Part shown: positions 28,116 through 37,372 of the stretch, in pieces | How the letters are laid out: every line of letters starts with the position of its first letter | How positions within the stretch are numbered: position 1 is the first letter of the stretch | Source of the DNA: an uncultured delta proteobacterium | Lineage (GTDB): Bacteria; Myxococcota_A; Polyangia; Polyangiales; JAFGIB01 | Direction: 5' to 3' | NCBI GenBank assembly: GCA_963778655.1 | Contig: CAVZVA010000002.1 | Span: 384,001 to 448,000 of the forward strand | DNA length: 64,000 bases | The notes under the pieces: model-generated | What the model was told of the DNA's origin: nothing | Database searches by the model: none | The model's input: only the letters and a program-made list of their open reading frames with translations | Translations under genes and position numbers: made by a program

Positions 28116-28946
28116 CTACTTCAACGGGCCATCGACGCTGGCGAATACACCGCCCGGCGGGGGGCCTTCGTACCACGGGTAGTACGGAGGCCGGTCCTTG
28201 CACAGCGGGCGGTCCTGCTCGGGGCAGTAGATGCGCACGTGGAAGTGGCTCTGGTGGCGGTTGCCATGCGTCGGCTCGAACATGACGGTCTTGGCGCGCG
28301 CGACCAGCCAGTCGGGCGCGCCTTCAGCCGCCGCTTGCGCGAGCAGCCGATGCTGCATCGCACGCGAGACGAAGATGTACTGGACGCGCGCGGCCTGGTC
28401 ATCGAGCAGCTTTGTGAGCAGGGCCCAGTTGCGCGCGTCATCGAAGTGGTAGCGCTGGCCGGCGTAGCGACCCCGTCCGCTCGCGCGCATGCGCACGAAG
28501 GTCGGCGCCACCGCGGGCTTGCTCTCGTCGTCGAGCAGGTAGAAGCCGATGTCCACGTCGCGCCCGTTGCGATGCGAGCGATGGCCGGCAATCGCGCCGC
28601 CGTGCTCGGCCGAGAGCTCGCCCAGCGCGAGGCGGGCGCCAGGGTGGGTGTCGGCGACGCGCTGCGCACCGCGCTCGACCAGCTGCGCCAGCTGCCAGGT
28701 GCCGAAGAACCGCTGGTGCTCGCGGTACTCGTCCACGTAGCGGATGCGGTCGCTCTCGGGAACCTGCACGCCGCGCTCGAGGTGGCCTCGCCACGGATAG
28801 CGCAGCGACAAGCTGCGCAGCTCGGGCGGAGGCCGCAGGCTGGGCGAGCCCGGGTTGCTGGCGCGCGCGCGGGCGTGGAATGTCGCCAGGGAAACCACGG
28901 TGTACAGCAGAGCCAGAGCACCGAGCAGCGAAGAGCTTCTCGCCAC
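28116..28946 (-). CDS. Penicillin-insensitive murein endopeptidase (MepA-like)
   Basis: Signal peptide; GELSAEHGG...HRSHRNGRDVD and HQSHFHVR (LAS metallopeptidase motifs). Confidence 0.85.
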   Translation of the reverse strand: MARSSSLLGALALLYTVVSLATFHARARASNPGSPSLRPPPELRSLSLRYPWRGHLERGVQVPESDRIRYVDEYREHQRFFGTWQLAQLVERGAQRVADTHPGARLALGELSAEHGGAIAGHRSHRNGRDVDIGFYLLDDESKPAVAPTFVRMRASGRGRYAGQRYHFDDARNWALLTKLLDDQAARVQYIFVSRAMQHRLLAQAAAEGAPDWLVARAKTVMFEPTHGNRHQSHFHVRIYCPEQDRPLCKDRPPYYPWYEGPPPGGVFASVDGPLK

Positions 28947-29038
28947 GTTTCGATCATAGCCAAGGTCGGGCATGCATCGAAACGGGGTTCGGCTGGGAGA
29001 TTGTGGGCGGCGCGCGGCCAGGTGCCGAGGGGTGGGTG

Positions 29039-30037
29039 CTAGTCGCGGCGGCGCTGCCAGAGGCCCGCGAGCACGAGCGCAAGAAACGCGAATGCCGAAT
29101 GCGGAGAGCCGTGCGCGTCCACGCTGCACCCACCGCTGTGCCCGCTGCCGGCCCCGGCCGCGCCCATGCTGCTGTCGGTCGACGCAGCCGACCCGCCGGT
29201 CGCCGCACCGGACGCGGCTCCGGTCCCGGTTCCCGACGGCGGCGACGTCCCGACCGTACCGCCGCCCATGCCCGCCGCCCCGCCGCCGCTTCCGCCAGCG
29301 CCTGGCGGTGGGGTGCCCGAGCCGCCGGTGGCGCCGGTGCCGGGGGGCGTGGTGGAGCCCGCCATGCCGCCCGTGCCCATCACGCCCGCATCGACCACAC
29401 CACCGTCTGCCGCGCCCGTGCTGCCTCCGGCGCCCGCGCTCCCGTCGGCCGGCAGGATCGTGATGTCCGCGCAGTGAAAGTAGAAGCAGTTCGGAGGCCC
29501 GTGCCCTTCCATCACCTGCACGACCTGCAGCGTGCAGTGATCACAGGGCTGGTTGGGCAGCGTCACGTCCTGCATCAAGCTGCGATTGTTCGCGAGCTGG
29601 GTGTCGGTCATGAATAGCCCGTCCGCGAGCACGTTGTCGTGCGCACCTGTCGGCACAGCCGCCTTGTCGTAGTTGCAAGCGACCGCGTCGGTGAGCGGCG
29701 GGTCGGGGAAATCCGTGCTGGTCGCGTCCTTCGCGGCGACCGGCGCAAGCGCGATGCGAAAATAGCCGGGGTGGTAAATCTCCTCTTGCCACTGCACGCT
29801 GACGGTGTCGCCGGCATGAAAGGTGGTGACCGCGCTGCTGTAAGGAACCGGCTCGACGTCGTCGTAGCCGCCCGGGCCGCAAGGGCCGCCCTTCTGTGGG
29901 CCGCCGAGCGCGTCCTCGACCAGCCACGAATCGGGCTTGAGCAGCGTGAAATGGGCGTGCGCGCGGGCTGGGCTCAGCCACGCGCCGGCGAGCGCGATCG
30001 TAGCTGCGCCAATCACCAGCTTGGTGCGATCCGACAT
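29039..30037 (-). CDS. Polysaccharide monooxygenase-like (SCE4755-type) protein with a MYXO-CTERM sorting signal
   Basis: Signal AHA then mature His1 (HFTLLKP); QKGGPCG; HPGYFRIA; CDHCTLQVVQ; YFHCADI; Gly-rich linker; GGCSV-TM-RRRD. Confidence 0.8.
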   Translation of the reverse strand: MSDRTKLVIGAATIALAGAWLSPARAHAHFTLLKPDSWLVEDALGGPQKGGPCGPGGYDDVEPVPYSSAVTTFHAGDTVSVQWQEEIYHPGYFRIALAPVAAKDATSTDFPDPPLTDAVACNYDKAAVPTGAHDNVLADGLFMTDTQLANNRSLMQDVTLPNQPCDHCTLQVVQVMEGHGPPNCFYFHCADITILPADGSAGAGGSTGAADGGVVDAGVMGTGGMAGSTTPPGTGATGGSGTPPPGAGGSGGGAAGMGGGTVGTSPPSGTGTGAASGAATGGSAASTDSSMGAAGAGSGHSGGCSVDAHGSPHSAFAFLALVLAGLWQRRRD

Positions 30038-30203
30038 ACCGACCTCCTGACCCACCATCCCAGCGCGCGGCGCCGGGCCTGCTCACGCGGGCCCGACCGA
30101 GTGCCTGACATAGCCCGGAACGCCGGCCGGTGCCAGCACGCAACGCGCCTCGGACCCGCCTTGCGGCTTGAAACCGGCGTGTCGGCGATGGCACACGTGA
30201 ACC

Positions 30204-31427
30204 ATGGTGGCCGTGGCGCCGCGATCGAGACCGCCGAGCCGCGCGCGCGCGGGCCCACGCCTGCCCGCAGGCCTGGTGCTGGCGGCGGCTTCGCTGCTCG
30301 CGTGCAGCCGGGGGCACCGCGGGCAGCACGAAGGCCGGGCCGCGCGCGCGCCCGCGAGCGCACCGCTCACGAGCGAGGCCGTGCTGGCGCCGATCGAGCC
30401 CAGCACCGACGCGGCATTCGACCTGGCGCTGGCGGAGCACGGCGCGTGGCTGGCCTGGGCCCCGGCGCACGACCGCCGCGGCCGCATCCTGTTGCGCGCG
30501 CTCGGCACGCTCGGCGATCCGCGCGGCCCGCAGCGGACGCTGGTCGAGACCGCGGACGAGGTGGTCGAGCTGGCGATCGCGGAGGGAGGCGGGCGGCTGG
30601 CAGTGGGCTGGATCGAATCGAGCGCGACGCGCACGCGCACCCGCGCGCTGGTGCTCGAGCCCGCCGGAGCCGCGCCCAAGGCGGAGCCCACCCTGCTCGC
30701 GGCCGGCACCCCCGGAGAGCGCACGGCCGCGCGCGGGCACATCGCCTTGGCCGGCGCGCCGGACGGCAGGCTGCGCATGTTGTTCGAGAGCGGCCCTTCG
30801 GAGTGCATCGAATCGGGCGTGGGTCCGTGCACAGGCTTCGGCTTCCGCGAGCTCGGCGTGGTGGCCAAAGGACGCCAGGAGCCGTGGCTCAGCGTGCCGC
30901 AGCCCTGCCGCGCGGGCGCGGCAAGCCTGGCCGCGCTGCGCGGGCATTTCTACTATGCGCTGTGCAGCTGGAGCGGCGAGGCGCCGGCGACCACCGCGTA
31001 CTCGATCCACATGGATCCCTCCTACGCGCGCGCCGACGAAGTGCTCAGCGGCTGCACGCCGCTCGGCATGACGCGCGTCGACGCCCACAGGGTGCTGCTG
31101 GGCGGCGATTGCGGGCCGGTGCGACGCGCGGTGCGCCTGACGACCGACCCCGCGCCCGCCGCGGAGCTGCCGCTGCTCGACCTGCAGGTCGATTGCGAGC
31201 ACGGAGCGCCGGTGCTGCGCGCGCTGGGCTGGTCGCTGCCGTTGCAGGCGCCGCGCGATCGCATGGAAGCCATCCTGCCGGGCTCGCTGGCGCCGATCGG
31301 CGCGCGCGCAGTCTACACCGGACGCGCCTTGCTGGTGGCCAGGTCGACGCCCGCGGGTCTACAGCTCACGCGCAGCCTGTGCACGGGCGATCACCTGCAC
31401 ACCGAGGTGCTGCTCGGCCCGAGCTAA
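30204..31427 (+). CDS. Hypothetical lipoprotein
   Basis: Lipobox LLAC; several Cys; good codon bias. Confidence 0.65.
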   Translation: MVAVAPRSRPPSRARAGPRLPAGLVLAAASLLACSRGHRGQHEGRAARAPASAPLTSEAVLAPIEPSTDAAFDLALAEHGAWLAWAPAHDRRGRILLRALGTLGDPRGPQRTLVETADEVVELAIAEGGGRLAVGWIESSATRTRTRALVLEPAGAAPKAEPTLLAAGTPGERTAARGHIALAGAPDGRLRMLFESGPSECIESGVGPCTGFGFRELGVVAKGRQEPWLSVPQPCRAGAASLAALRGHFYYALCSWSGEAPATTAYSIHMDPSYARADEVLSGCTPLGMTRVDAHRVLLGGDCGPVRRAVRLTTDPAPAAELPLLDLQVDCEHGAPVLRALGWSLPLQAPRDRMEAILPGSLAPIGARAVYTGRALLVARSTPAGLQLTRSLCTGDHLHTEVLLGPS

Positions 31428-31472
31428 ATGACGTTCCTGTTGAATCCTCGCGAGTCCTCGTCGCCGCTCCCG

Positions 31473-32378
31473 TCAGCTGAAGTGCTGCACCTCGTGCAGG
31501 CCGGCGGGGTCCTCGTGGATCACCACGTCGGCGCCCGGGAAGACTTTGCGAATCGCCGTCTCCACCTCGTCGGAGATGCGATGGGCGTCGTTGAGCGAGA
31601 TCTGCCCGTCCATCTCCAGGTGGAACTGAATCAGCGTGGTGGGGCCCGACTGGCGCGTGCGCAGGTCGTGCACGCCGACCACCTCGCCGTGGGCGAGCAC
31701 GATGCTGCGGATGCGCTCCTGCACCTCGGTCGGGAGCTCGCGGTCCATCAGCACCTGGAAGGTCTCCAAGCCGATGCGCAGCGCGCCGTACGCGGTGGTG
31801 GCGGCGATCGCGATGCCGAGCACCGGGTCGACGCGATCGAAGCCAAAGCCGGCGAGCGCGAGCGCGATGATGGTGCCGAAGTTGGTCGCCAGGTCGCTGA
31901 CGAAGTGCAATGCGTCGACCTTGATCGCGGCCGAGCCCGTCTCGCGCACCACATGGCGCTGGAAGATCACCAGCGCCAGCGTGGCGACCATCGACACGCC
32001 CATCACCACGATGCCGGCGGCGACCGCATCGAGCCGATGGGGATGCAGCAGCCGGTCGATCGCGTGGAAGATCAGGAACGCCGCCGAGCCGGTGATGAAA
32101 ATGGCCTGAGCCAAACCCGCGAGCGCCTCCGACTTGCCATGACCGAAACGGTGATCGTCGTCGGCCGGCTTGAGCGCGTAGCGCACGGCCAGCGCCGTGA
32201 GCAGCGATGCGCCCGTGTCCATCAGCGAATCGACCAGCGAGGCCAGCACCGCCACCGATCCGGTGAACGACCAGGCCACCGCCTTGGCCGCGGCCAGGGA
32301 CAGCGCCGTCGCCACCGACGCGTTGGTCGCCAGACGCAACAGGTGCGCGCGCTGCTGCTCGGGGCTCCTGGCCGTCAT
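31473..32378 (-). CDS. fieF: Cation diffusion facilitator (FieF/YiiP-like)
   Basis: ASLVDSLMD, KPADDDHRFGHGKSE, DALHFVSD, HDLRTRQSG and IHEDP. Confidence 0.9.
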   Translation of the reverse strand: MTARSPEQQRAHLLRLATNASVATALSLAAAKAVAWSFTGSVAVLASLVDSLMDTGASLLTALAVRYALKPADDDHRFGHGKSEALAGLAQAIFITGSAAFLIFHAIDRLLHPHRLDAVAAGIVVMGVSMVATLALVIFQRHVVRETGSAAIKVDALHFVSDLATNFGTIIALALAGFGFDRVDPVLGIAIAATTAYGALRIGLETFQVLMDRELPTEVQERIRSIVLAHGEVVGVHDLRTRQSGPTTLIQFHLEMDGQISLNDAHRISDEVETAIRKVFPGADVVIHEDPAGLHEVQHFS

Positions 32379-32442
32379 CGTGCGGCAGTATGCCACGTCC
32401 GCTGCGCGGAGGAATCGGCCCGGGCGTGCCGCGCGCACAACC

Positions 32443-33042
32443 TCAGCGTGGCGCGTTCTGCCGCAGGTAGTGCGGTATCTCGCGCTCCTGCTCGCCGCTC
32501 TCCTTGCGCTCGCGCGCGGAGGGGCCGCGGCTCGCTGCGTCGGGCAAGGCGTGGCCGTGCTCGTCGAGGTCGCTGGGATAGAGCGCGCCGTAGGCGTCGG
32601 CCAAAGCCTCGGGCAGCTCCTGGCCCTGCGGTGCGCCGAGCTTGATCACGTGCCGCCCGGACACCCACACGGCCCAGCGCTCGCTCGGGCCGGCGTCCAG
32701 CACCCACGCGTAGCCGTCGCCGACCTCGCGCACCGCCACCTTGTAGCGATCGAGCGCGCGCACGCGCTCGCCGACCTCCGCGGCGAGCGAGGCCGCCCTC
32801 TGGTAGACGGTGACGAACGCGGTCGCGACCGCGACCTGCGTGCCGGCATCGCGCTGCAGGTAGGTGGCGGTATAGCCGGTGGCTTGGTTGCCCTCGACCG
32901 CGAACTCGACGTCGAGCGTCTTCTGAAAGCGCCGGTAAGCGAAACCGTCGAGGTCTCGTTCGATCACGTAGCGCCGCGGTAGCGTGCTACCGCAGCCCAG
33001 CATGCTCGCGGCCAGCGCGAGGCCGAGCAGCGTCCGCCTCAT
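32443..33042 (-). CDS. Hypothetical lipoprotein
   Basis: MRRTLLGLALAASMLGC; ATGA overlap with the upstream gene. Confidence 0.75.
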   Translation of the reverse strand: MRRTLLGLALAASMLGCGSTLPRRYVIERDLDGFAYRRFQKTLDVEFAVEGNQATGYTATYLQRDAGTQVAVATAFVTVYQRAASLAAEVGERVRALDRYKVAVREVGDGYAWVLDAGPSERWAVWVSGRHVIKLGAPQGQELPEALADAYGALYPSDLDEHGHALPDAASRGPSARERKESGEQEREIPHYLRQNAPR

Positions 33043-33938
33043 GCGCCCGTCGCCTCGAAGGAAAGCACCCCGCGCGCGGCGTCGACTTCGGCGATCGCGC
33101 CAAACGGGAGCTCGAGGTTGTCGTCGACGTGGCCCGCCGGCAAGCCCGCCAGCACCGGCACGCCGAGCGAGCCGAGCCGCTCCTGCAGCACCTGCTCCAC
33201 GCGCACTCCGTCCGGGCCCGGCTCGGCATCGGTGAAGGCGCCGAGCACGATCGCATGTACGCCGGCAAGCGCGCCAGACTGGAGCCAGCTCGTCAGCATG
33301 CGGTCCACACGATAGGGCCGCTCGCCCACGTCCTCCAAGAAGAGCACGCAGCCTGCGAGCGGCGGCGCGTGCGGCGTGCCGAGCAACGCGCTCAGCACGG
33401 CAAGGTTTCCGCCCAGCAGCCGGCCTCGCGCGCGCCCGCCCGCCAGCGCCTGCAAGCCGCGCAGCGGCGCCGGCTGGGCGCCCTCGACCGCTGCGATCCA
33501 ACGCTGCAGCAGCGGTTCGGCGCAGCGCCCCAGTCCGGCCACCATAGCCGCGTGCAGCGAGCCCAGCCCTGCGCGCGCCCACAGCCCGTGCAGCGCGCTC
33601 ACGTCGCTGAAACCCACCAGCAGCTTGGGATAGCGCGCGACCTCGTCGGCCGAGATCGAGCCCAGCAGGCGAGTCGAGCCGTAACCACCGCGCGCTGCGA
33701 CGATCGCCTGCACCGCGTCATCGTGCAGCGCCGCGCGCAGCTCGGCGGCGCGGCGCTGGTCGGAACCGGCGAGGTATCCGCTGCGCTCCTCGATCGCGGG
33801 ATCGTGGCGCACGTCGTAGCGCTCGCGCAGCCGCGCCAGGCCGCGCGCGAAATCGTCCGCGGGAAACGGCCCGGCCGGCGCGATCACCTGCACGCGCATG
33901 CCCGGGCGCAGCGCCGGCCTGGGAAACGCGGCGCTCAT
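33039..33938 (-). CDS. LD-carboxypeptidase (peptidase S66, LdcA-like)
   Basis: ARGGYG, GFSDVSAL, GGNL, LEDVGERPYRVDRML and AGH. Confidence 0.9.
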   Translation of the reverse strand: MSAAFPRPALRPGMRVQVIAPAGPFPADDFARGLARLRERYDVRHDPAIEERSGYLAGSDQRRAAELRAALHDDAVQAIVAARGGYGSTRLLGSISADEVARYPKLLVGFSDVSALHGLWARAGLGSLHAAMVAGLGRCAEPLLQRWIAAVEGAQPAPLRGLQALAGGRARGRLLGGNLAVLSALLGTPHAPPLAGCVLFLEDVGERPYRVDRMLTSWLQSGALAGVHAIVLGAFTDAEPGPDGVRVEQVLQERLGSLGVPVLAGLPAGHVDDNLELPFGAIAEVDAARGVLSFEATGA

Positions 33939-34729
33939 GCAGCGGCCAGCAGCTCGTGCCTGAGCTGCAGCGCCGGTGTGAAGAACCTGCGGTAGCTCAG
34001 CCACACCAGCGATGCGCAGGTCGCGGTGGCGCCAGCGTTCCACAGCAGCATCACCAGGATCTGATAGCGCGCCGCGCCGCCCGGCGGTAGGCCCGCCAGG
34101 ATCTGCCCGGTCATGGTTCCGGGAATCGAGACCAGCCCGACCACGTACATTTGATTCAGGCTCGGCCGCAGCGCCGCCCGCAACGCGGCCTTGGCCGCCA
34201 CGTCCACGGCCTGCCGCGCGCTGGCGCCCAGCGCGAGTAACTCCTCGACCTCCCCGCTGCGCACGGACAGCTCCGAGCGCAGGCGCTCGATGGCCAGCGC
34301 CGCCGCGTTCATCGAGTTCGACACGATCATGCCAGCAAGCGGAATCAAGTACTGCGGCGTCCACCAGGGTCGCACCTCGATCACCCAGGCGGTGACCAGG
34401 ATCGTGAGCACGGCGGCGCTGGAGGTCAGGGAAATGCCGACGTGCCACAGCAGCCCCGGCACCTTGCGCTCCTGGCGGCCGACCGCGGTCCAGGCGCTGA
34501 CCGCGACGAACATGCTGACCACGCCGAGCACGAGCCACACCGTCGCGTGCTCGAAGATCCAACCGAGCACCGTTCCCAACAGCAACAACTGGACGAAGGT
34601 ACGCAGCGTCGCCAGCAGGTATTCGCGCTCGAGCCCGAGCCCGAATAGGCGCACCGATGCCAGGATGATCAGCACCAGCCAGGAGGCGTTGAGCAGGTGC
34701 AGGTTGGTCAGCTCGATCGGCGCCCGCAT
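33935..34729 (-). CDS. fetB: ABC permease, FetB/YbbM (UPF0014) family
   Basis: RTFVQLLLLG, PWWTPQYLIPLAGMIVSNSM, GLVSIPGTMTGQILAG and RYQI. Confidence 0.85.
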   Translation of the reverse strand: MRAPIELTNLHLLNASWLVLIILASVRLFGLGLEREYLLATLRTFVQLLLLGTVLGWIFEHATVWLVLGVVSMFVAVSAWTAVGRQERKVPGLLWHVGISLTSSAAVLTILVTAWVIEVRPWWTPQYLIPLAGMIVSNSMNAAALAIERLRSELSVRSGEVEELLALGASARQAVDVAAKAALRAALRPSLNQMYVVGLVSIPGTMTGQILAGLPPGGAARYQILVMLLWNAGATATCASLVWLSYRRFFTPALQLRHELLAAA

Positions 34730-34739
34730 CTCGCGCGTC

Positions 34740-36665
34740 CTATTGTCCGTTCTGCGCCATGGACTCGTTGACCAACGCGCGCAGGGCCGTGAGCTCGAAC
34801 GGCTTCTCCAGCCTGGGGTTGTCGACCTCGTCCAGGAATGCGCGCGTGCGCGCCGTGAATGCGCCGCCGGTCAGGAACACGATGCGCCTGGCCTGCTCGG
34901 GCGCCGTGCGCAACAGCTCGGCGTGGAAGTCCATGCCGGTCACCCGCGGCATCATCAGATCGCACAGGATCACGTCGAAGCGCTCGCCGCCGGCGATCAT
35001 GTCGAGCCCCTCCTGCGCGATCAGCGTGACCACCACCTCATGCTCGCTGGAAAGCGCGCGCTGCACCACCTTGAGCATCATCGGCTCGTCGTCCACCACC
35101 AGGACGCGCCCGCGCCGGCCTTCGACGGCGTGCACGCTGGTCCGTGTGCTCGGACGCTCGGATGCCACGGTCTTGGCGAAGGGCAGCGCAATCTTGAACG
35201 CGCTGCCGGCGCCGACCTGGCTCTGGACGCTGATCTCGCCGCCCAGAGCGCTCACGATGCGGTGGCAGATCGAGAGGCCGAGACCGGTGCCGACCCCGAT
35301 CGGCTTGGTGGTGAAGAACGGCGTGAAGAGCCGCTGCAGCACTTCCTGGGACATGCCCGATCCGGTGTCACACACTTCGACCACCACGCGCTGGTCGCGC
35401 GCCAGAGCCGATACGCGGATCTCGTTGCGGTCGGCCTGACCCTCCGGGATCGCCTGGGCGGCGTTGATCAGCAGGTTCAGGAAGACCTGACACAGCCGCG
35501 ACTCGTTGGCGTCGATCGCCGGCACCTCACCGTACTCGCGCACCAGCTTGGCGCGGTGGCGGATCTCGTTCCACGCCATGCGGATCGACGAATCGAGCGC
35601 GCGGCGCACGTCGACCCGCTCGCGCTTGTCCTCCTGCGCCCGCGAGAAGAGCTTGAGGTCCTGCACGATGCTGCGCACTCGTTCGGCCGATTCGCGGGCG
35701 TCCTGCAGGTGCTCGGCCAGCTCGGCCTGACGCCCGCCGTCACCGGTCGGGCTCTTCAGCTGCTGCGTGATGGGGGCGGCGAGCTCGAGGTTGGCGATCA
35801 CGCTGGCCAGGGGGTTGTTGATCTCGTGAGCCACGCCGGCGGCCAGCATGCCCATGGCGGCCATGCGATCGGAGACCATCAGCTGCGTCTGCAGCTTGCG
35901 CTGCTCGGTGACGTCCGCGACCATCGCCAGCCCGCCGGCATAACCGCCGGCGTCGTCCATCACCGGACTGGTGGACAGCAGCGCCCATAGCTCGCGGCCG
36001 TCGCGCCGCCTGAGCTTGAGCTCGAACTGCTCGGACGCGCCTTGCCTCTGGCGCGCGAGCTTCGCGCGCGCGATCTCGCGCCACTCGTCGTCCATCAGCT
36101 CGAGCATCGACACGCCCAGCAGCTCGGGCGCCGTGGTCGCGAGCATCGCGGCCATGCGCTGGTTCACGTAGGTGGTGCGCGCCTGCTCGTCGATCAGCCA
36201 GATTCCCTCTTGGGCAGTCTCCACGATGCGCCGGTACTTCAGCTCGCTCGTGCGCAGGGCCTCCTCGACCGCCCGGCGCCGCCTGCGCACCTCGACCTCG
36301 CGCAGCTCGCGATCGATCGCCGGCGCCAGGCGCGCCAGACGCCCCTTCACCAGGAAGTCGCCCGCGCCGGCCTTGAGCGCATCGACCGCGGTTTCTTCGC
36401 CCACCGTGCCCGATACGATCAGTAGCGGCAGGTCGAGACCCGATTCCTTCAGCACCGCGATCGCGCCCGGCGCGTCGAAGCCCGGCATTGAATAGTCCGA
36501 CAGGATGATGTCCCAGCTGCTTTCCTGTAGCGCCGCGCGCATCGCCGGCGCGGTGTCGACGCGCATCCAGTCGACCTCGTAGCCACTGCGCCTGAGCTCG
36601 CGGATCAAAAGCTCGCAGTCGTCCTCGGAATCCTCCACGAGGAGCACGCGCAGCGCCTTGCTCAT
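34740..36665 (-). CDS. Hybrid sensor kinase REC-PAS-HisKA-HATPase-REC
   Basis: LLVEDSEDD, PAS domain, AHEINNPL, QVFLNLLINA, PFFTTK, GTGLGL and a C-terminal REC (VVDDE, CDLMMP). Confidence 0.92.
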   Translation of the reverse strand: MSKALRVLLVEDSEDDCELLIRELRRSGYEVDWMRVDTAPAMRAALQESSWDIILSDYSMPGFDAPGAIAVLKESGLDLPLLIVSGTVGEETAVDALKAGAGDFLVKGRLARLAPAIDRELREVEVRRRRRAVEEALRTSELKYRRIVETAQEGIWLIDEQARTTYVNQRMAAMLATTAPELLGVSMLELMDDEWREIARAKLARQRQGASEQFELKLRRRDGRELWALLSTSPVMDDAGGYAGGLAMVADVTEQRKLQTQLMVSDRMAAMGMLAAGVAHEINNPLASVIANLELAAPITQQLKSPTGDGGRQAELAEHLQDARESAERVRSIVQDLKLFSRAQEDKRERVDVRRALDSSIRMAWNEIRHRAKLVREYGEVPAIDANESRLCQVFLNLLINAAQAIPEGQADRNEIRVSALARDQRVVVEVCDTGSGMSQEVLQRLFTPFFTTKPIGVGTGLGLSICHRIVSALGGEISVQSQVGAGSAFKIALPFAKTVASERPSTRTSVHAVEGRRGRVLVVDDEPMMLKVVQRALSSEHEVVVTLIAQEGLDMIAGGERFDVILCDLMMPRVTGMDFHAELLRTAPEQARRIVFLTGGAFTARTRAFLDEVDNPRLEKPFELTALRALVNESMAQNGQ

Positions 36666-37126
36666 CCATCGGCTCCGGAAGCGCCGGAACTGGGTGGCAG
36701 CTGGTTGAGCAGCAACCAGTAGAGCCCGAGCTGGCGGGCCGCCTCGAGGAACTCGGTGAAGTCGACCGGCTTGCGCACGAAGCTGTTGGCGCCCAGATCG
36801 TAGCTCGAGATCAGGTCGCGCTCCTCGTTGCTCGAGCTGAGCACCACCACCGGCAGTCGCTTGGTGCGGGTATCGGCGCGCAAGCGCCGCAGCACTTCCA
36901 GCCCGTCGACCCGGGGCAGCTTCAAATCGAGCAGCACGAGCTCGGGCATCACGTTGCCGTCGCGCCCGGCGTGCGCGCCCCTCACCCACAGGAAGTCGAG
37001 CGCGTCCTGGCCGTCCTTGACCACCTCGATCTGATTGGCAAGGCCGTTGCGCTCGAACGCGCGCAAGGTGAGCTCGACATCGTCAGGGTTGTCCTCGACC
37101 AGCAGAATCATCCGCGAGCGACTCAT
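36662..37126 (-). CDS. Single-domain response regulator (Rcp1-like)
   Basis: LLVEDNPDD, LLDLKLPRVDG, SYDLGANSFVRKPVDF and YWLLLN. Confidence 0.9.
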   Translation of the reverse strand: MSRSRMILLVEDNPDDVELTLRAFERNGLANQIEVVKDGQDALDFLWVRGAHAGRDGNVMPELVLLDLKLPRVDGLEVLRRLRADTRTKRLPVVVLSSSNEERDLISSYDLGANSFVRKPVDFTEFLEAARQLGLYWLLLNQLPPSSGASGADG

Positions 37127-37372
37127 CGCGCACCCCCAATATCGGTGGGCGTCCACCTCGCCTCGACGTACGCTCGCATTCGCAACCCCGCCTGGATCGC
37201 CGTGGCCGCGGCGTGCTCCAGCCGTACCGTTTGTAGCCCGGAAAGGACGCCGCACGCCAGATCTTCCGCGGCGGTCATGTCCGCGCGCCTCGCAGCGGGG
37301 TCCTCGCCTGCCGGTCGCTCCGGGGCCCGCAACCCAGGAATCCCCGTCAGGACGCCACGGGGCACGATTGGC

